In this document: positions 40,251 through 40,766 of the stretch, in pieces | How positions within the stretch are numbered: position 1 is the stretch's first letter | How the letters are laid out: every line of letters begins with the position of its first letter | From: Kagunavirus LF7074P3 | Strand: one strand, 5' to 3' | Sequence record: OZ035791.1 | Length of the DNA stretch: 40,766 bases | The notes under the pieces: model-generated | The model's input: the letters and a program-made list of their open reading frames with translations, nothing else | The model's database searches: none | Told to the model about the DNA's origin: nothing | Program-made: the position numbers and the translations under genes

Positions 40251-40766
40251 ATGAAGCTGAAACTCAAGCAGCCATCGCCAGAGGTGGTGCAAGCTGCACA
40301 TGAAGAAGCTGTTAGCGCAAACCGTCGACGTAAACGACCGCGCGGTAAACAGAGCCTTTATCAATCGTCCCGTAATTCCGCCGCGTTGTGGGACCCGGAC
40401 TATTGCGACGAATTGATTCGTTTCTTCGACCGCACGTCATGGGAGTCTATGCCGACCGGTGCACACGGAGACTACAAAGCTGTCATTGCGGACAAGCCAC
40501 CGTCACTGGCCCGCTTTGCATTGCACATCGGCGTCACTATCCCGATTATTAAGTTGTGGCTGCGTGAGATTCCAGCTTTTGCAGAAGCATATGAAACAGC
40601 ACAGGCGCTGGAAGAGGCATACTTCACTGAGACGGGGGCCGCGGGTATCTCCGCTACGTTTGCTGCCGCGAAGCTGGGCCTCGGTAAAGAGAAACCAGTT
40701 GAATCTACAGAAGAAACAGCACCGACTGAGATTATTTTCAGTGTTGCAGAGCCTGTAGGTAAAATC
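40251..40766 (+). CDS. terS: terminase small subunit (putative), 3'-truncated by window end
   Basis: ATG 40251 with RBS AAGGGGA; frame open for 172 codons to the last base; basic N-terminus RRRKRPRGK; position immediately before terL if ends are joined. Confidence 0.6.
   Translation, partial: MKLKLKQPSPEVVQAAHEEAVSANRRRKRPRGKQSLYQSSRNSAALWDPDYCDELIRFFDRTSWESMPTGAHGDYKAVIADKPPSLARFALHIGVTIPIIKLWLREIPAFAEAYETAQALEEAYFTETGAAGISATFAAAKLGLGKEKPVESTEETAPTEIIFSVAEPVGKI

Noticed and set aside
40459-40758. 99-aa Arg/His-rich plus-strand ORF
   Set aside because: Alternative frame of the terS-like gene, which starts with an RBS at 40251 and encodes a plausible protein; this frame looks like a shadow ORF.
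1-40766. CRISPR arrays, integrase, transposase/IS elements, attachment sites
   Set aside because: No regularly spaced direct repeats, no tyrosine/serine recombinase-like ORF and no terminal inverted repeats were seen. The genome appears virulent, or any lysogeny functions are unrecognisable from sequence alone.

Overview
No searches or computations were run; all calls come from reading the sequence and the supplied ORF track, and family assignments are motif recall. The window looks like a complete, circularly permuted genome (40,766 bp) of a virulent tailed dsDNA phage with siphovirus-like gene order. The last ORF (terS-like, 40251..40766) has no stop and, if the ends are joined, runs into bases 1..33 and ends in an ATGA overlap with terL at 30. 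Layout: rightward packaging/head/tail module (30..23082), leftward replication module (23190..34337: SNF2 helicase, VRR-NUC, family-A DNA polymerase, SSB-like, Cas4-like nuclease, primase-helicase), then rightward small early genes, a lysis cassette (37373..38412) and more small genes. The most unusual feature is a four-gene opposite-strand island (10598..13000) between the major tail gene and the tail chaperone/tape-measure genes, encoding a P-loop kinase, a T4 Pnk-like HAD phosphatase, an HTH-fused metallophosphoesterase and a small membrane protein. A recurring dyad element (ATAG-N4-CTATTCA) sits in at least seven promoter regions, with a Cro-like HTH protein as the candidate regulator. Other points: an overlapped Rz/Rz1 spanin pair 32 kb from the holin/endolysin, a lambda-like -1 frameshift site in the tail chaperone, two promoter-to-terminator non-coding units, and an RBS-sequestering hairpin before the holin. 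No tRNA, CRISPR array, integrase or transposase was recognised.
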